Assembly (NCBI GenBank): GCA_025450975.1 | Contig: JANWLI010000055.1 | Location: 1 to 35,210 of the forward strand | Length of the DNA: 35,210 nucleotides | Direction: 5' to 3' | Origin: Candidatus Kapaibacterium sp. | GTDB lineage: Bacteria; Bacteroidota; Ignavibacteria; Palsa-1295 | In this document: positions 1-8,094 of the stretch, piece after piece | Numbering within the stretch: the first letter of the stretch is position 1 | How the letters are laid out: every line of letters begins with the position of its first letter | Notes under the pieces: model-generated | What the model saw: the letters and a program-made list of their open reading frames with translations, nothing else | Told to the model about the DNA's origin: nothing | Database searches by the model: none | Program-made: the position numbers and the translations under genes

Positions 1-327
1 ATAGTGATCTTTGCCGCGCATGTAGATGAGCAAGTCATCGATGATGCCACCCTGCTCGTTCGTCATTGCGCTATACTGCGCCTTCCCCGGTTCGAGTGCG
101 GCGACGTCGTTGACGGTCAGATACTGCAGAAAGTCGAGCACTTCGGGACCTTCGACGTTGAACTCGCCCATATGCGAGACATCGAAGACGCCAACGCCGC
201 CATCGCGGACGATCTTATGCTCGGCGATGATGCCTTTCGTGTACTGCACGGGCATTTCAAAGCCGCCAAATTCGACGAGTTTGGCCCCAAGAGCCACGTG
301 TTTATCGTAAAACGGAGTTCTTTTCAC
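1..327 (-). CDS. gcvT: Aminomethyltransferase, glycine cleavage system T protein (N-terminal 109 codons; gene runs off the window start)
   Basis: Absent from the ORF track because it is open at the window edge. Reverse-strand reading from GTG (325-327) gives VKRTPFYDKHVALGAKLVEFGGFEMPVQYTKGIIAEHKIVRDGGVGVFDVSHMGEFNVEGPEVLDFLQYLTVNDVAALEPGKAQYSAMTNEQGGIIDDLLIYMRGKDHY, the conserved GcvT N-terminus (FDVSHMG block). An in-frame stop at 394-396 limits any 5' extension. The + strand ORFs 4..336 and 26..310 are its antisense shadows. Confidence 0.85.
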   Translation of the reverse strand, partial: MKRTPFYDKHVALGAKLVEFGGFEMPVQYTKGIIAEHKIVRDGGVGVFDVSHMGEFNVEGPEVLDFLQYLTVNDVAALEPGKAQYSAMTNEQGGIIDDLLIYMRGKDHY

Positions 328-473
328 TCGAGGTAAGGAAATCGAAACTGCAAAAATACGGCAGTAGAGGGGGCCAGCCCGCTAACTCCGCCCTATGCCC
401 GAATTGTTATAGGTCTAGAGGCGTTGCCACATAGACCTTTCAGAAGCATTTTTCACTTTTTTCGCATACTATT

Positions 474-1151
474 ATGAAGCACTTATCTATCGCTCGCATT
501 CGCTGGGCAACGCTGCTTGTCCTGGCATTCTCGTTCGTGACCTTCGACTCGTATGCTGCGCTTAACATGTATCTGAAGCTCAAAAGCCTTTCCGGCGGCA
601 AGACCTATACCTGCCAGTTGGATAATAATGGCAAGTTCTCATTTGAGAACGTCGAGCCCGGCACGTACGATCTCGTCTTTGTTCTCGATGGGAGCAGAAG
701 CCAGGATGACGGCACCATTCAATCGATCGAGATCAGCAGCTTTTCCTGGGGCGCTTCCAATACTGCAGGAAAGCAGGGAAAGTCGACACCGGTAACGCGA
801 TCGAATATTTCGAATAACCGGACGGGCTCCAACGATGGCGGTGATCCCAGCCCATCAGGAAAGCAAGGAAAGTCAACACCGGTAACACGCTCGAATATTT
901 CGAATAACCGATCGGCGACTGTCGACGCGCAGGGGCCATCCGTTACCTGCAACGGCAAAACTGTCGCCACGGGAGATCTCGATGGCGATGGAATAGCCGA
1001 CGAACTCTCTTCATCGGTGATCTGGTCGCCGAAGAGCAACATTCGTTCAACGTCTCCGGATGTCATTCTTCACGAGATCGTGGTGACGAGTGCCACCACA
1101 GCCGAAGGCAAACTCAAGGCGAGCTGGAATCTCAAAGAGAACGTTAAGTAA
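474..1151 (+). CDS. Exported Hcp-like (T6SS tube fold) hypothetical protein with an internal tandem duplication
   Basis: 225-aa ATG ORF. Residues 1-29 (MKHLSIARIRWATLLVLAFSFVTFDSYA) look like a Sec signal peptide. The mature part starts NMYLKLKSLSGGK, contains IEISSFSWGASN and DVILHEIVVTSATT, and ends KASWNLKENVK. These blocks follow the order of Hcp-family hallmarks. It also has a DNNGKFSFENVEPGTYDLVF hairpin-like insertion and a duplicated GKQGKSTPVTRSNISNNR segment. A strong terminator follows. Confidence 0.6.
   Translation: MKHLSIARIRWATLLVLAFSFVTFDSYAALNMYLKLKSLSGGKTYTCQLDNNGKFSFENVEPGTYDLVFVLDGSRSQDDGTIQSIEISSFSWGASNTAGKQGKSTPVTRSNISNNRTGSNDGGDPSPSGKQGKSTPVTRSNISNNRSATVDAQGPSVTCNGKTVATGDLDGDGIADELSSSVIWSPKSNIRSTSPDVILHEIVVTSATTAEGKLKASWNLKENVK
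766..910 (+). repeat. Two copies of a 55-nt coding repeat with a 90-nt period
   Basis: 766-820 (caggaaagcagggaaagtcgacaccggtaacgcgatcgaatatttcgaataaccg) and 856-910 differ at 4 positions. They encode the duplicated GKQGKSTPVTRSNISNNR peptide. Confidence 0.85.
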
Positions 1152-1178
1152 GAGTTACGCGGTATTTAGGTAACAGAG

Positions 1179-1208
1179 AGCAGCCTGAACAATCAGGCTG
1201 CTTTTTTA
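1179..1208 (+). terminator. Rho-independent terminator
   Basis: 10-bp stem agcagcctga / tcaggctgct with loop acaa, followed by a ttttttatt run, 28 nt after the stop at 1151. Confidence 0.8.
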
Positions 1209-1272
1209 TTGATCAAGTGAGAATCTTTCATCCGGTCAGTGACATGTACTGTTAAAAGTAGCTGTTAATTCG

Positions 1273-1794
1273 ATGCTTATTCATAGACTAGCCTGTTTCT
1301 TGCTTCTTGCGTTCTCTCCTAGTCTCCTATTTGGTCAGACTGTAGATAGCCAAATTGTATCACAGATAAAAGATACTACTCCTGATATTGTTTTGCAAGT
1401 TCTGGGTGGAGCTGCCACCATGACCGGCTGTTATTATGCATTGAATGGGAAATCAGACTTTAGTCTCTTCCCGCTTATAATGCCTGTTTTTACTGGAGCC
1501 GCTGTCGGTGCAATTGCAGAATTGACTACAGATCGACGGTCGGGTTCGTATTGGGCGAGCATAGGAGGAGCATTTGTGGGCACGGCAATTGGCGGGTTTA
1601 TCTATGGTCACTTGAAGAAGTCGGGTGTCGTTGACCTTATTAAAATTCCTTTGTTTGCTGCGCCGGTACTTACGTTGTCCTGTTTATTTTTCAATTCCAC
1701 GCTTGAGCCTTATTCTTTGCAGCAATATGGCCTTAGCATAATTCCATGGACAGATGCAACATCCAGTGGCATTTTTTTTCAACTGACTTATTAA
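1273..1794 (+). CDS. Hypothetical membrane protein (signal peptide plus Gly-rich transmembrane segments)
   Basis: 173-aa ORF. N-terminal MLIHRLACFLLLAFSPSLLFGQ leader and glycine-zipper-like hydrophobic stretches (GGAFVGTAIGGFIYG). Visibly more AT-rich than the neighbouring genes. No family recognised. Confidence 0.5.
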   Translation: MLIHRLACFLLLAFSPSLLFGQTVDSQIVSQIKDTTPDIVLQVLGGAATMTGCYYALNGKSDFSLFPLIMPVFTGAAVGAIAELTTDRRSGSYWASIGGAFVGTAIGGFIYGHLKKSGVVDLIKIPLFAAPVLTLSCLFFNSTLEPYSLQQYGLSIIPWTDATSSGIFFQLTY

Positions 1795-1859
1795 AGAATT
1801 AAGGAAATCTTCCTCGCAGTTTTTACATTTAGAAACCGGTTAATAATCACAATCTTTTC

Positions 1860-2345
1860 ATGCTACCAGTATTCAAATCCAAACCATCATTCCTCATCGC
1901 CGGCTTCGAGCGATATACGGAGAACGGCGTCCCATCGATCCGCGAAGCATGGGGTGAGTTCAGCAAGCGCCATCAGGAGATCCCGAATGCCGTCAGCCAC
2001 AACACCTGCTACGGCTTCGAAGATTATTCGCGCGACTTCGATATGAATAAAGGCGGATTCCCGAAGTATTACTATCTTGCCGGACACGAAGTATCAAGCT
2101 TAGACAGTTTGCCCGAAGGTATGAAAGGTAAGCAAGTGCCCGCTGCAGATTACGCAGTCTTCACCCATCAGGGACCGATCTCTATGCTACCGCAAGTCTT
2201 TCAGGAGATCTACGGTAAGTGGATGCCAACGTCAGGATACAAGATGGACCCGGCAATAAGCGCAGACTTCGAATTCTACCCGCAGCCAATGACCGATCAC
2301 GAGAATGCCCTCGTCGAGATCTGGGTGCCGGTGGTGAAAAGTTGA
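1860..2345 (+). CDS. GyrI-like / AraC-effector-binding-domain small-molecule binding protein
   Basis: 161 aa. The pattern FLIAGFE...W.EF...IPN......YGFEDYS ... AADYAVFTHQGP ... Y.KWMP.SGY ... DFEFYP ... VEIWVPV is typical of GyrI-like effector-binding domains. Confidence 0.65.
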   Translation: MLPVFKSKPSFLIAGFERYTENGVPSIREAWGEFSKRHQEIPNAVSHNTCYGFEDYSRDFDMNKGGFPKYYYLAGHEVSSLDSLPEGMKGKQVPAADYAVFTHQGPISMLPQVFQEIYGKWMPTSGYKMDPAISADFEFYPQPMTDHENALVEIWVPVVKS

Positions 2346-2373
2346 TAGTCGATAGTTGATAGTCGATAGTTAG
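2343..2373. repeat. Tandem heptamer array (YGATAGT x4)
   Basis: tgatagtcgatagt (2343-2356) is repeated exactly at 2357-2370, followed by tag. It overlaps the TGA stop of the upstream gene and sits in the 48-nt gap between two convergent genes. Confidence 0.85.
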
Positions 2374-2393
2374 ACGAGTGTGAGATAAAGATA

Positions 2394-4109
2394 TCAGCCA
2401 TGATGTTCCTTGTGCTCTTCCAACTCGTGCATTAACTCAATGAACTCCGGCATCTCACGGATCGGATCAAGATCAGGATCGACCTTGAAAATTTCGATGT
2501 GGCGGAAGCCGCTTCGGACGCAACGCACGAGCGTCGCCATCCCGCGCTGAGGCTGGTGAGAGAGCAAGTAGGTACATGCAAGGTTGTAGAGCGACGCAGC
2601 GTCGAGCGATTCGATCGCCGAAAGTTTATCAGCCTCGGCAATCGCTTCCGCTTCACGACCTGCCATGGAGTAGATATTTGCCAGGTTTACCATTTCATGG
2701 TAGTGATCGGGATTGAAACGGAGATGGCGTTGAAAGACGGGTATGGCTTTGTCGGCAGCAATTCGTAGTCTTTCGATGATCTCTGGCGAGGTGCCGAGTT
2801 CTTTAATATAGGTAAGATAGTTGAAATGACCTTGTGTGTCATTCTCCCGAAGTCGCACATACTCTTCGCGCGCGTTTACTGCATCCTCGGGTCGTTGGAG
2901 TGCTTGTAAGGCAAAGGCAAGTACGTCATAGCCAACACTGAACGTCGGATCGGTCGCGATCGAACGCTCGGCAAATCGTAGCGCACCTTCATAATCGTCC
3001 CGGGATAGATAGATTCTGCTCATTGCACAAAGATATTGTGGGGTCGGTCCCTCAAGCTCATGTACTTTTTCAGCGGCAGTTTCCGCACGATCGAGCAACG
3101 AAGTACTCTCCCTGTAATAACGATAGAGCACACGATAGGTGAGGGATAAGTCGGCATAAGCATTTGCAAACGTTGGATCGAGTCGCACCGCCTCCTCATA
3201 GAGACTAACCGCGCGTTCATAATCAGGTTTCGTATGCCGACTGTAGTATGCGTCGGCTTTCATCCAAAGCTCATATGCTTCGGCATTTTCTGTGCCACGC
3301 TCGCGGACCTTTTTCTTTTCCGTCGCACTAAGATGCACTTTCAACCCATCGACGATCTTCTGTGTTACTGTTTCCTGCAGATCGAAAATATCGTCCATGA
3401 CACCTTTGTACGAATCCTGCCAGAGATGTTCGTACGTCTCGATATCGATAAGTGAAGCAGCGATTTTTATTCGCTCGCCAAATTTTGTCACCGTTCCCTC
3501 GACAACGTACCGGGTATCATACGTCTGGGCGATTTCGCGGGTACTTTGTTTCACACCTCGTAACTCCATTGAACTCTTGTGATCGAGCACACGGAGCGAT
3601 TTCAGCGTACTAAGCGCGCCGATCAGCTCACCGGTAAGCCCATCGGCAAACCATTCGTTATCTTTTTGCGGAGAAAGGTCGCCGAACGGCAGGATGATGA
3701 GAGACTTACGAAGGTCGACTGACGACTTGCGGGCTACACCGCGCTGATGTGAGCGGATGATGGCATCATAGTCGGTGATCGCCACGTGCTGTATCCCGGC
3801 GATCTGATATTCAAATGAAGAGGGAAGAACGACTGGGGCAATCCGCACCGGCAGAATACGCTTCCCGCGTTCCGAAGCAAGGGAAAGTTCTTTCAACACA
3901 TTTGCGGACTCCACCGACGATGGAGATAAGAGTAAGAGAAACGTCGAGCATCCTCTGATCCCCTCAACGATCTCCGTCGCCCATTGCTCGGCGCCATCGA
4001 TGCCATGGCGATCGAGCCAAACGTTGAAATCATCGGCCTCGAGACGCTCGGCAAGCGCAAGGGCCTGTTCGGAATCCCGGCGCGAGTAGGAGATGAAGAT
4101 ATCAGCCAT
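2394..4109 (-). CDS. TIR domain protein with a central alpha/beta module and a C-terminal TPR-like array
   Basis: 571 aa. The N-terminus MADIFISYSRRD...NVWLD...FLLLLSPSSVESANVLKELSLA is a canonical bacterial TIR signature, including the conserved Glu (E74). The middle part (LIILPFGDLSPQKDNEWFADGLTGELIGALS...RYVVEGTV...IKIAASLID) is the module that usually precedes TPRs in cyclase/BTAD/CadC-type proteins. The last ~300 aa are TPR-like helical repeats. No transmembrane segment seen. Confidence 0.8.
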   Translation of the reverse strand: MADIFISYSRRDSEQALALAERLEADDFNVWLDRHGIDGAEQWATEIVEGIRGCSTFLLLLSPSSVESANVLKELSLASERGKRILPVRIAPVVLPSSFEYQIAGIQHVAITDYDAIIRSHQRGVARKSSVDLRKSLIILPFGDLSPQKDNEWFADGLTGELIGALSTLKSLRVLDHKSSMELRGVKQSTREIAQTYDTRYVVEGTVTKFGERIKIAASLIDIETYEHLWQDSYKGVMDDIFDLQETVTQKIVDGLKVHLSATEKKKVRERGTENAEAYELWMKADAYYSRHTKPDYERAVSLYEEAVRLDPTFANAYADLSLTYRVLYRYYRESTSLLDRAETAAEKVHELEGPTPQYLCAMSRIYLSRDDYEGALRFAERSIATDPTFSVGYDVLAFALQALQRPEDAVNAREEYVRLRENDTQGHFNYLTYIKELGTSPEIIERLRIAADKAIPVFQRHLRFNPDHYHEMVNLANIYSMAGREAEAIAEADKLSAIESLDAASLYNLACTYLLSHQPQRGMATLVRCVRSGFRHIEIFKVDPDLDPIREMPEFIELMHELEEHKEHHG

Positions 4110-4180
4110 GCTTCAGCCTTTGAGATGTTTTCGATAATATACTCGTACTCAGGCAGTTTGACTAATCGGGCTTACGTATG

Positions 4181-6013
4181 TTACTGTATCATTTCCGAAA
4201 GTGGACGTTTCCAAACGCCTCTGAAGTTTACACCACAAAACAGATGTGTCGGGCTTGCATACAATACACTGACCGGCAAACCGGCTGGTAAGCCGGCACT
4301 CACATTGACCCAAGTTGCACCGTTATCTTTCGTAAGAAAGACTCCGTCAATTGTTGTGGCGAACACATTCGTACCGATAACCAACAGGTTGTCCACATTT
4401 TTATCTGTCAAACCGGTATTTATTTCTTTCCATGAAGCGCCCTCATCGCTCGAAAGGTAAGCACCGTCCTGTGTCCCTGCAAACAGATTAGACCCCATCA
4501 CAGCGAGCGAGAGCACATACGATTTCACGTCGGGGATGTTGACGATCTTCCAGCGATTTCCTTCATCGGTCGAACGAAAGACGAGCCCGAACGAGCTTGA
4601 TGCAAACAGTGACGACCCCATCTCGGCAAAAGAAAAGATCGACTGCGAACCCGGATATATCTGCGACCATGACGTCAGAGCATTATTCGAGAAGAACACG
4701 TTATTGAGACCGAGCGAATCTGTGATGGTTGCAAACACCTTTGTGGAACCGACAGAAAAGATTTGCGAACTGTTGATAGTGCGACCCGGAAACAGATCAG
4801 TCCAGTTTATCCCATTATTGGTCGATCGGAAGATACTCCCTTCATACGTTGAAGCAGCAAACAGTGACCCCTTATATTGTATTAGGTCAATAAATTCCGA
4901 GATGAAGATGCCGTCACGAGTGAGTCCTGCATTCGATGGTATCCATTCATCCCCATCATTGGTGGTTCGGTAGATCCCTCTTCCTCTGGTCGTAACTACA
5001 AGTTCATCTCCGGCTTTCGCAAAAGCACTCACGGGCGTATAGTTGATGATACCCGAATTGGAGAATGTCCAATTACCCCCATTGTTCGAGCGGAACACGC
5101 CAATATCGGTCCCGACTAACAGATCGTTTCCTACGACAGCAAATCCATACCGGGCATCCTTGGTCACTAATCCCGTATTTGCTGCCGACCAACTTCTTCC
5201 TGAATCGGAGGAGACAAATACGCCACTATCGAATGTACAGGCAACGATCGCCGAGCCGATGCGCGCGTAGGAAAGCAGGTACTGGCCCTCGGACAGTCCC
5301 TGCCCGGAAAAACTCCATACTTTGCCCGAATCGAGAGAGACGAATACCCCGAAATTTGTTGAAGCAAACAGTCTGCTACCTACTGCACCTAACGTAGAGA
5401 CGGTTGTAAGTTTTGGAAGACTGTCTTTGACAATTGCCCAGGTCTGGCCTTTATCCGGTGAGCGGTAGAGGCTTGTATCCGTCGCAGCATACAGGTACCT
5501 CCCCATTGCCGCTGAAACCCAGACCTGTTCGTTGGCAGCCCATCCCTTCTTCGCGGCATTCCAGGTTGTCCCTTTATCGGTAGAAATATAAAACGTATTT
5601 GCAAATATTTCCTGAACACACAACGTGGTGTCGATCACTAAAAAGGCTGCATGATATTCATTTGGAGGAAGCCCTTTGGTGATGTTCTGCCACGTAATAC
5701 CGCTATCGAGCGAGCGATAGACGCTGTCCGAGGCTGCGGCAATGAGCGTGCCGCCCACCGTAGTCATGGCCGTCATGTAACGGACGCCGTGAAACCCATC
5801 CTGTCGCTTCCAGGTACTGCCATGATCGGTTGAAGAGAAGATGCCGTTGGTCGTTCCGGCGAACACGCGGTCGCCAACTACCGCAAAGGGCCCGACACTT
5901 CCGCCAAGGGGGCCGTTGGTTTGGACCCACTGCGCCTGAGTACCGGATACAAAAAATAGCAAACTGACAAGTGAGGCAACAGAGCGGAAGCAGCGGTGGG
6001 AATCGTGTTTCAT
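4181..6013 (-). CDS. Secreted BNR/Asp-box repeat beta-propeller protein
   Basis: Track ORF is 4181..6040. I prefer the ATG at 6013, which gives the signal peptide MKHDSHRCFRSVASLVSLLFFVSGTQAQ. About 12 Asp-box motifs (S-x-D-x-G-x-T/S-W): STDHGSTW, SLDSGITW, STDKGTTW, SPDKGQTW, SLDSGKVW, SSDSGRSW, SNNGGNW, TNDGDEW, STNNGINW, STDEGNRW, SSDEGASW, TKDNGATW. Confidence 0.75.
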   Translation of the reverse strand: MKHDSHRCFRSVASLVSLLFFVSGTQAQWVQTNGPLGGSVGPFAVVGDRVFAGTTNGIFSSTDHGSTWKRQDGFHGVRYMTAMTTVGGTLIAAASDSVYRSLDSGITWQNITKGLPPNEYHAAFLVIDTTLCVQEIFANTFYISTDKGTTWNAAKKGWAANEQVWVSAAMGRYLYAATDTSLYRSPDKGQTWAIVKDSLPKLTTVSTLGAVGSRLFASTNFGVFVSLDSGKVWSFSGQGLSEGQYLLSYARIGSAIVACTFDSGVFVSSDSGRSWSAANTGLVTKDARYGFAVVGNDLLVGTDIGVFRSNNGGNWTFSNSGIINYTPVSAFAKAGDELVVTTRGRGIYRTTNDGDEWIPSNAGLTRDGIFISEFIDLIQYKGSLFAASTYEGSIFRSTNNGINWTDLFPGRTINSSQIFSVGSTKVFATITDSLGLNNVFFSNNALTSWSQIYPGSQSIFSFAEMGSSLFASSSFGLVFRSTDEGNRWKIVNIPDVKSYVLSLAVMGSNLFAGTQDGAYLSSDEGASWKEINTGLTDKNVDNLLVIGTNVFATTIDGVFLTKDNGATWVNVSAGLPAGLPVSVLYASPTHLFCGVNFRGVWKRPLSEMIQ

Positions 6014-6042
6014 TGCTCGTTCGATAATGGTGATGAACATTC

Positions 6043-7740
6043 TTAGTGCGAAACGATAAATCGCTGTGCAGAACTCGAAGCGGTACCGGCTTGACGTATG
6101 GTATACACCCCATCCAAGAATTTACCGACATCGATCTGGCTATGGATGGTAGTGATGACACCGGACCAGCAGAGTCGTCCGGCAACATCGGTGATCTCAA
6201 GCATTGCCGGAGTGCCGGACAGCCCGTATACATAGAGCGTACTACCGGCAGGATTTGGGTAGACGCCGAAGGTTGCCGTATGCAGTGCTGGGTTGCCCGG
6301 TACGCTTGCGTGTTGTTCGTTCAAGGCAGCGTGCGCATTGATCCTCCCATAGCCATGGTACTTGTCCCATCCTGCAACATCTTCGGAGGCAAGGCCGACC
6401 ATGTCTTCTGCAGTGCGTGTGATGATCGCCGAGAGCGAATCGGCGGTGCGAGTCGGATCTTGCGCTAGCAGAAGCGATGCAAGCCCGCTGACGTATGCCG
6501 TCGACAGCGATGTCCCCCAGGAGAAGTAGTCGGGATGAGAATCGGATACATAGATGAGTCCATAAATAAAATTACCGGGAGCAACGACCTTAATATGCGG
6601 GCCGAAATTACTCCCGCCGCTTCCGCTATACGACGGGGAGCCAGCTGATCCGGTACGATGATCGTTCTCATTTGTCGAGCCAACTGCAAATGCATGGTCA
6701 CATGCCGCTGGGTAATAGGACGTGGAAGTATTGCTATTTGCCATTCCACACACGACAAGGACACCGGCGGCATGTGCGGCAGTGATGGCCTCCTGCATTG
6801 CCTGGTTCCTCACTGTTCCGGCGATAGAGATATTAATAATACGAGCCTTATTATCCACTGCGTAGTTGATCGCTTCGGCTACGCGCGAGAACGGCGTTCC
6901 ACCGTTCCTGTCGAGCACTTTGCAGATCATCAACTTGCATTTCCAATCGACACCTGCGTAGAGACCGCCATCGCCGCCATTGGCTGCAAGGACTCCCGTG
7001 ACGAATGTTCCATGTCCGTTGTCATCAATTGGCAGATTATCCTTATCGGCAAAATCCCATCCGACAACATCGTTCAGATATCCATTCGAATCATCATCGA
7101 TGCCGTTACCCGGTATTTCATCTGTATTGCGCCAGATCCTTCCTGTAAACGAAGGATGGTCGAACTTCAGCCCTGCATCGATGACGGCAACGATTACCGA
7201 AGAATCGCCGGTAGTGAGCTGCCAGGCTTCGGGCATATCTATATCGGCGTCGTAGGTGGCAGTTGCATTAAACGTACCATCGTTGTCAAACGCCCATTGC
7301 CTCTGAAAGTATTGGACATTCGGTGCAACGCCCTGAGGTAATTGTGCCGGAGAGGACAACGCATGTGCAAGCGCATCCTCTTCTACATATTCAAAAAGAT
7401 CGGTCTCAGTATACTCGGCAATCGCTCGTTCGATATCAACAGGATTCCGGAAGGTAAGCGAATAGGTTGTGCGGTAGTTTGCAGAGGTTGAATTGTGCGA
7501 ACTGATTTCGTGAATATCTGCAACACCGTATTCTTCACTCAAGATTTCAAACCGTGTAGCAGGCATCTTTATGGATGGTACGGACCCAACACCGACGGGA
7601 TTTGTGGAGTATGGCCGTTTGAATTTTACGATCAGGCGATCGCCCATCGCTCTGTCTTGTAATACCTGGGCAGAAAGCTGAGCGCCTAAGCATACAATTC
7701 CAGCAACGAAAAGAATTGAAACTGTGCGGAGTGAGTTCAT
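6043..7740 (-). CDS. Subtilisin-like serine protease (peptidase S8) with a T9SS C-terminal sorting domain
   Basis: Catalytic triad contexts are VAVIDAGL (Asp), DDNGHGTFVTG (His) and WGTSLSTAYVSGLASLL (Ser). The tail GVYPNPAGSTLYVYGL...GVYTIRQ...RFIVSH looks like a T9SS C-terminal sorting domain. Track ORF extends to 7803. The ATG at 7740 gives the signal peptide MNSLRTVSILFVAGIVCLGAQLSAQ. Confidence 0.85.
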   Translation of the reverse strand: MNSLRTVSILFVAGIVCLGAQLSAQVLQDRAMGDRLIVKFKRPYSTNPVGVGSVPSIKMPATRFEILSEEYGVADIHEISSHNSTSANYRTTYSLTFRNPVDIERAIAEYTETDLFEYVEEDALAHALSSPAQLPQGVAPNVQYFQRQWAFDNDGTFNATATYDADIDMPEAWQLTTGDSSVIVAVIDAGLKFDHPSFTGRIWRNTDEIPGNGIDDDSNGYLNDVVGWDFADKDNLPIDDNGHGTFVTGVLAANGGDGGLYAGVDWKCKLMICKVLDRNGGTPFSRVAEAINYAVDNKARIINISIAGTVRNQAMQEAITAAHAAGVLVVCGMANSNTSTSYYPAACDHAFAVGSTNENDHRTGSAGSPSYSGSGGSNFGPHIKVVAPGNFIYGLIYVSDSHPDYFSWGTSLSTAYVSGLASLLLAQDPTRTADSLSAIITRTAEDMVGLASEDVAGWDKYHGYGRINAHAALNEQHASVPGNPALHTATFGVYPNPAGSTLYVYGLSGTPAMLEITDVAGRLCWSGVITTIHSQIDVGKFLDGVYTIRQAGTASSSAQRFIVSH

Positions 7741-7844
7741 AGAGCCAAATCTACTGAATAAAAAGTAACTTGATCTAAAACAAGACTGTTCCTTGGCGTA
7801 CATAGTTGGAGGTATAGGCCATGGGGATGGGTTTAGGGATTAGG

Positions 7845-8071
7845 GGCCTCTATTCACAGATGCGGCAAGCAGCAGTGTCGGTACCTGCAAATGTTGCAGA
7901 AGGTATTGGACGAGATTCGCCAAGAAATTTATCCGCCATCTTTCAATCGCGAAAGGATCTTTGGCAGAGCTGGAAACACATATTACAATCGCAGCGAAGC
8001 TGCATTACATAAACCAAGATCAATTCAAGGCTGGGCGGACTCCAACGATCACTTACAGAAAAGCTCTCTAA
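7845..8071 (+). pseudogene. Four-helix-bundle protein (23S rRNA IVS protein / Avd family), N-terminally truncated and frameshifted
   Basis: Frame of ORF 7821..8012 reads GLYSQMRQAAVSVPANVAEGIGRDSPR. After a frame change near 7915-7925 a second frame reads KFIRHLSIAKGSLAELETHITIAAKLHYINQDQF...stop (8069-8071). Joined, these align with residues ~36-100 of the intact paralog at 14338..14700 (YGLTSQLRRASVSIPSNIAEGHGRRGSKELSHHLSIAKGSLCELETQILLSVRLHFLSKED). The first ~35 codons are missing. Confidence 0.65.
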
Positions 8072-8094
8072 CTCAAACCACTGACCACTAGCCC

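Noticed and set aside
4-336. ORFs 4..336 and 26..310 on the + strand
   Set aside because: They are antisense to a clear gcvT reading frame on the minus strand. Their translations have no recognisable features.
328-473. Possible glycine riboswitch in the gcvT leader
   Set aside because: I read the minus-strand leader and did not find the conserved glycine-riboswitch core (GGAGAG ... CACCG ... GGGGCAA-type blocks). Only a 7-bp inverted repeat is present (aggtcta/tagacct, 412-439). An Infernal scan would settle it.
5703-6233. 176-aa minus-strand ORF spanning the S8-protease / BNR-propeller junction
   Set aside because: It is out of frame with and overlaps two well-supported genes. The sequence is Arg/Pro/Cys-rich, typical of an alternative frame of GC-rich coding DNA.
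6658-7341. 227-aa + strand ORF
   Set aside because: It lies entirely antisense to the S8 protease gene, whose catalytic motifs are intact.
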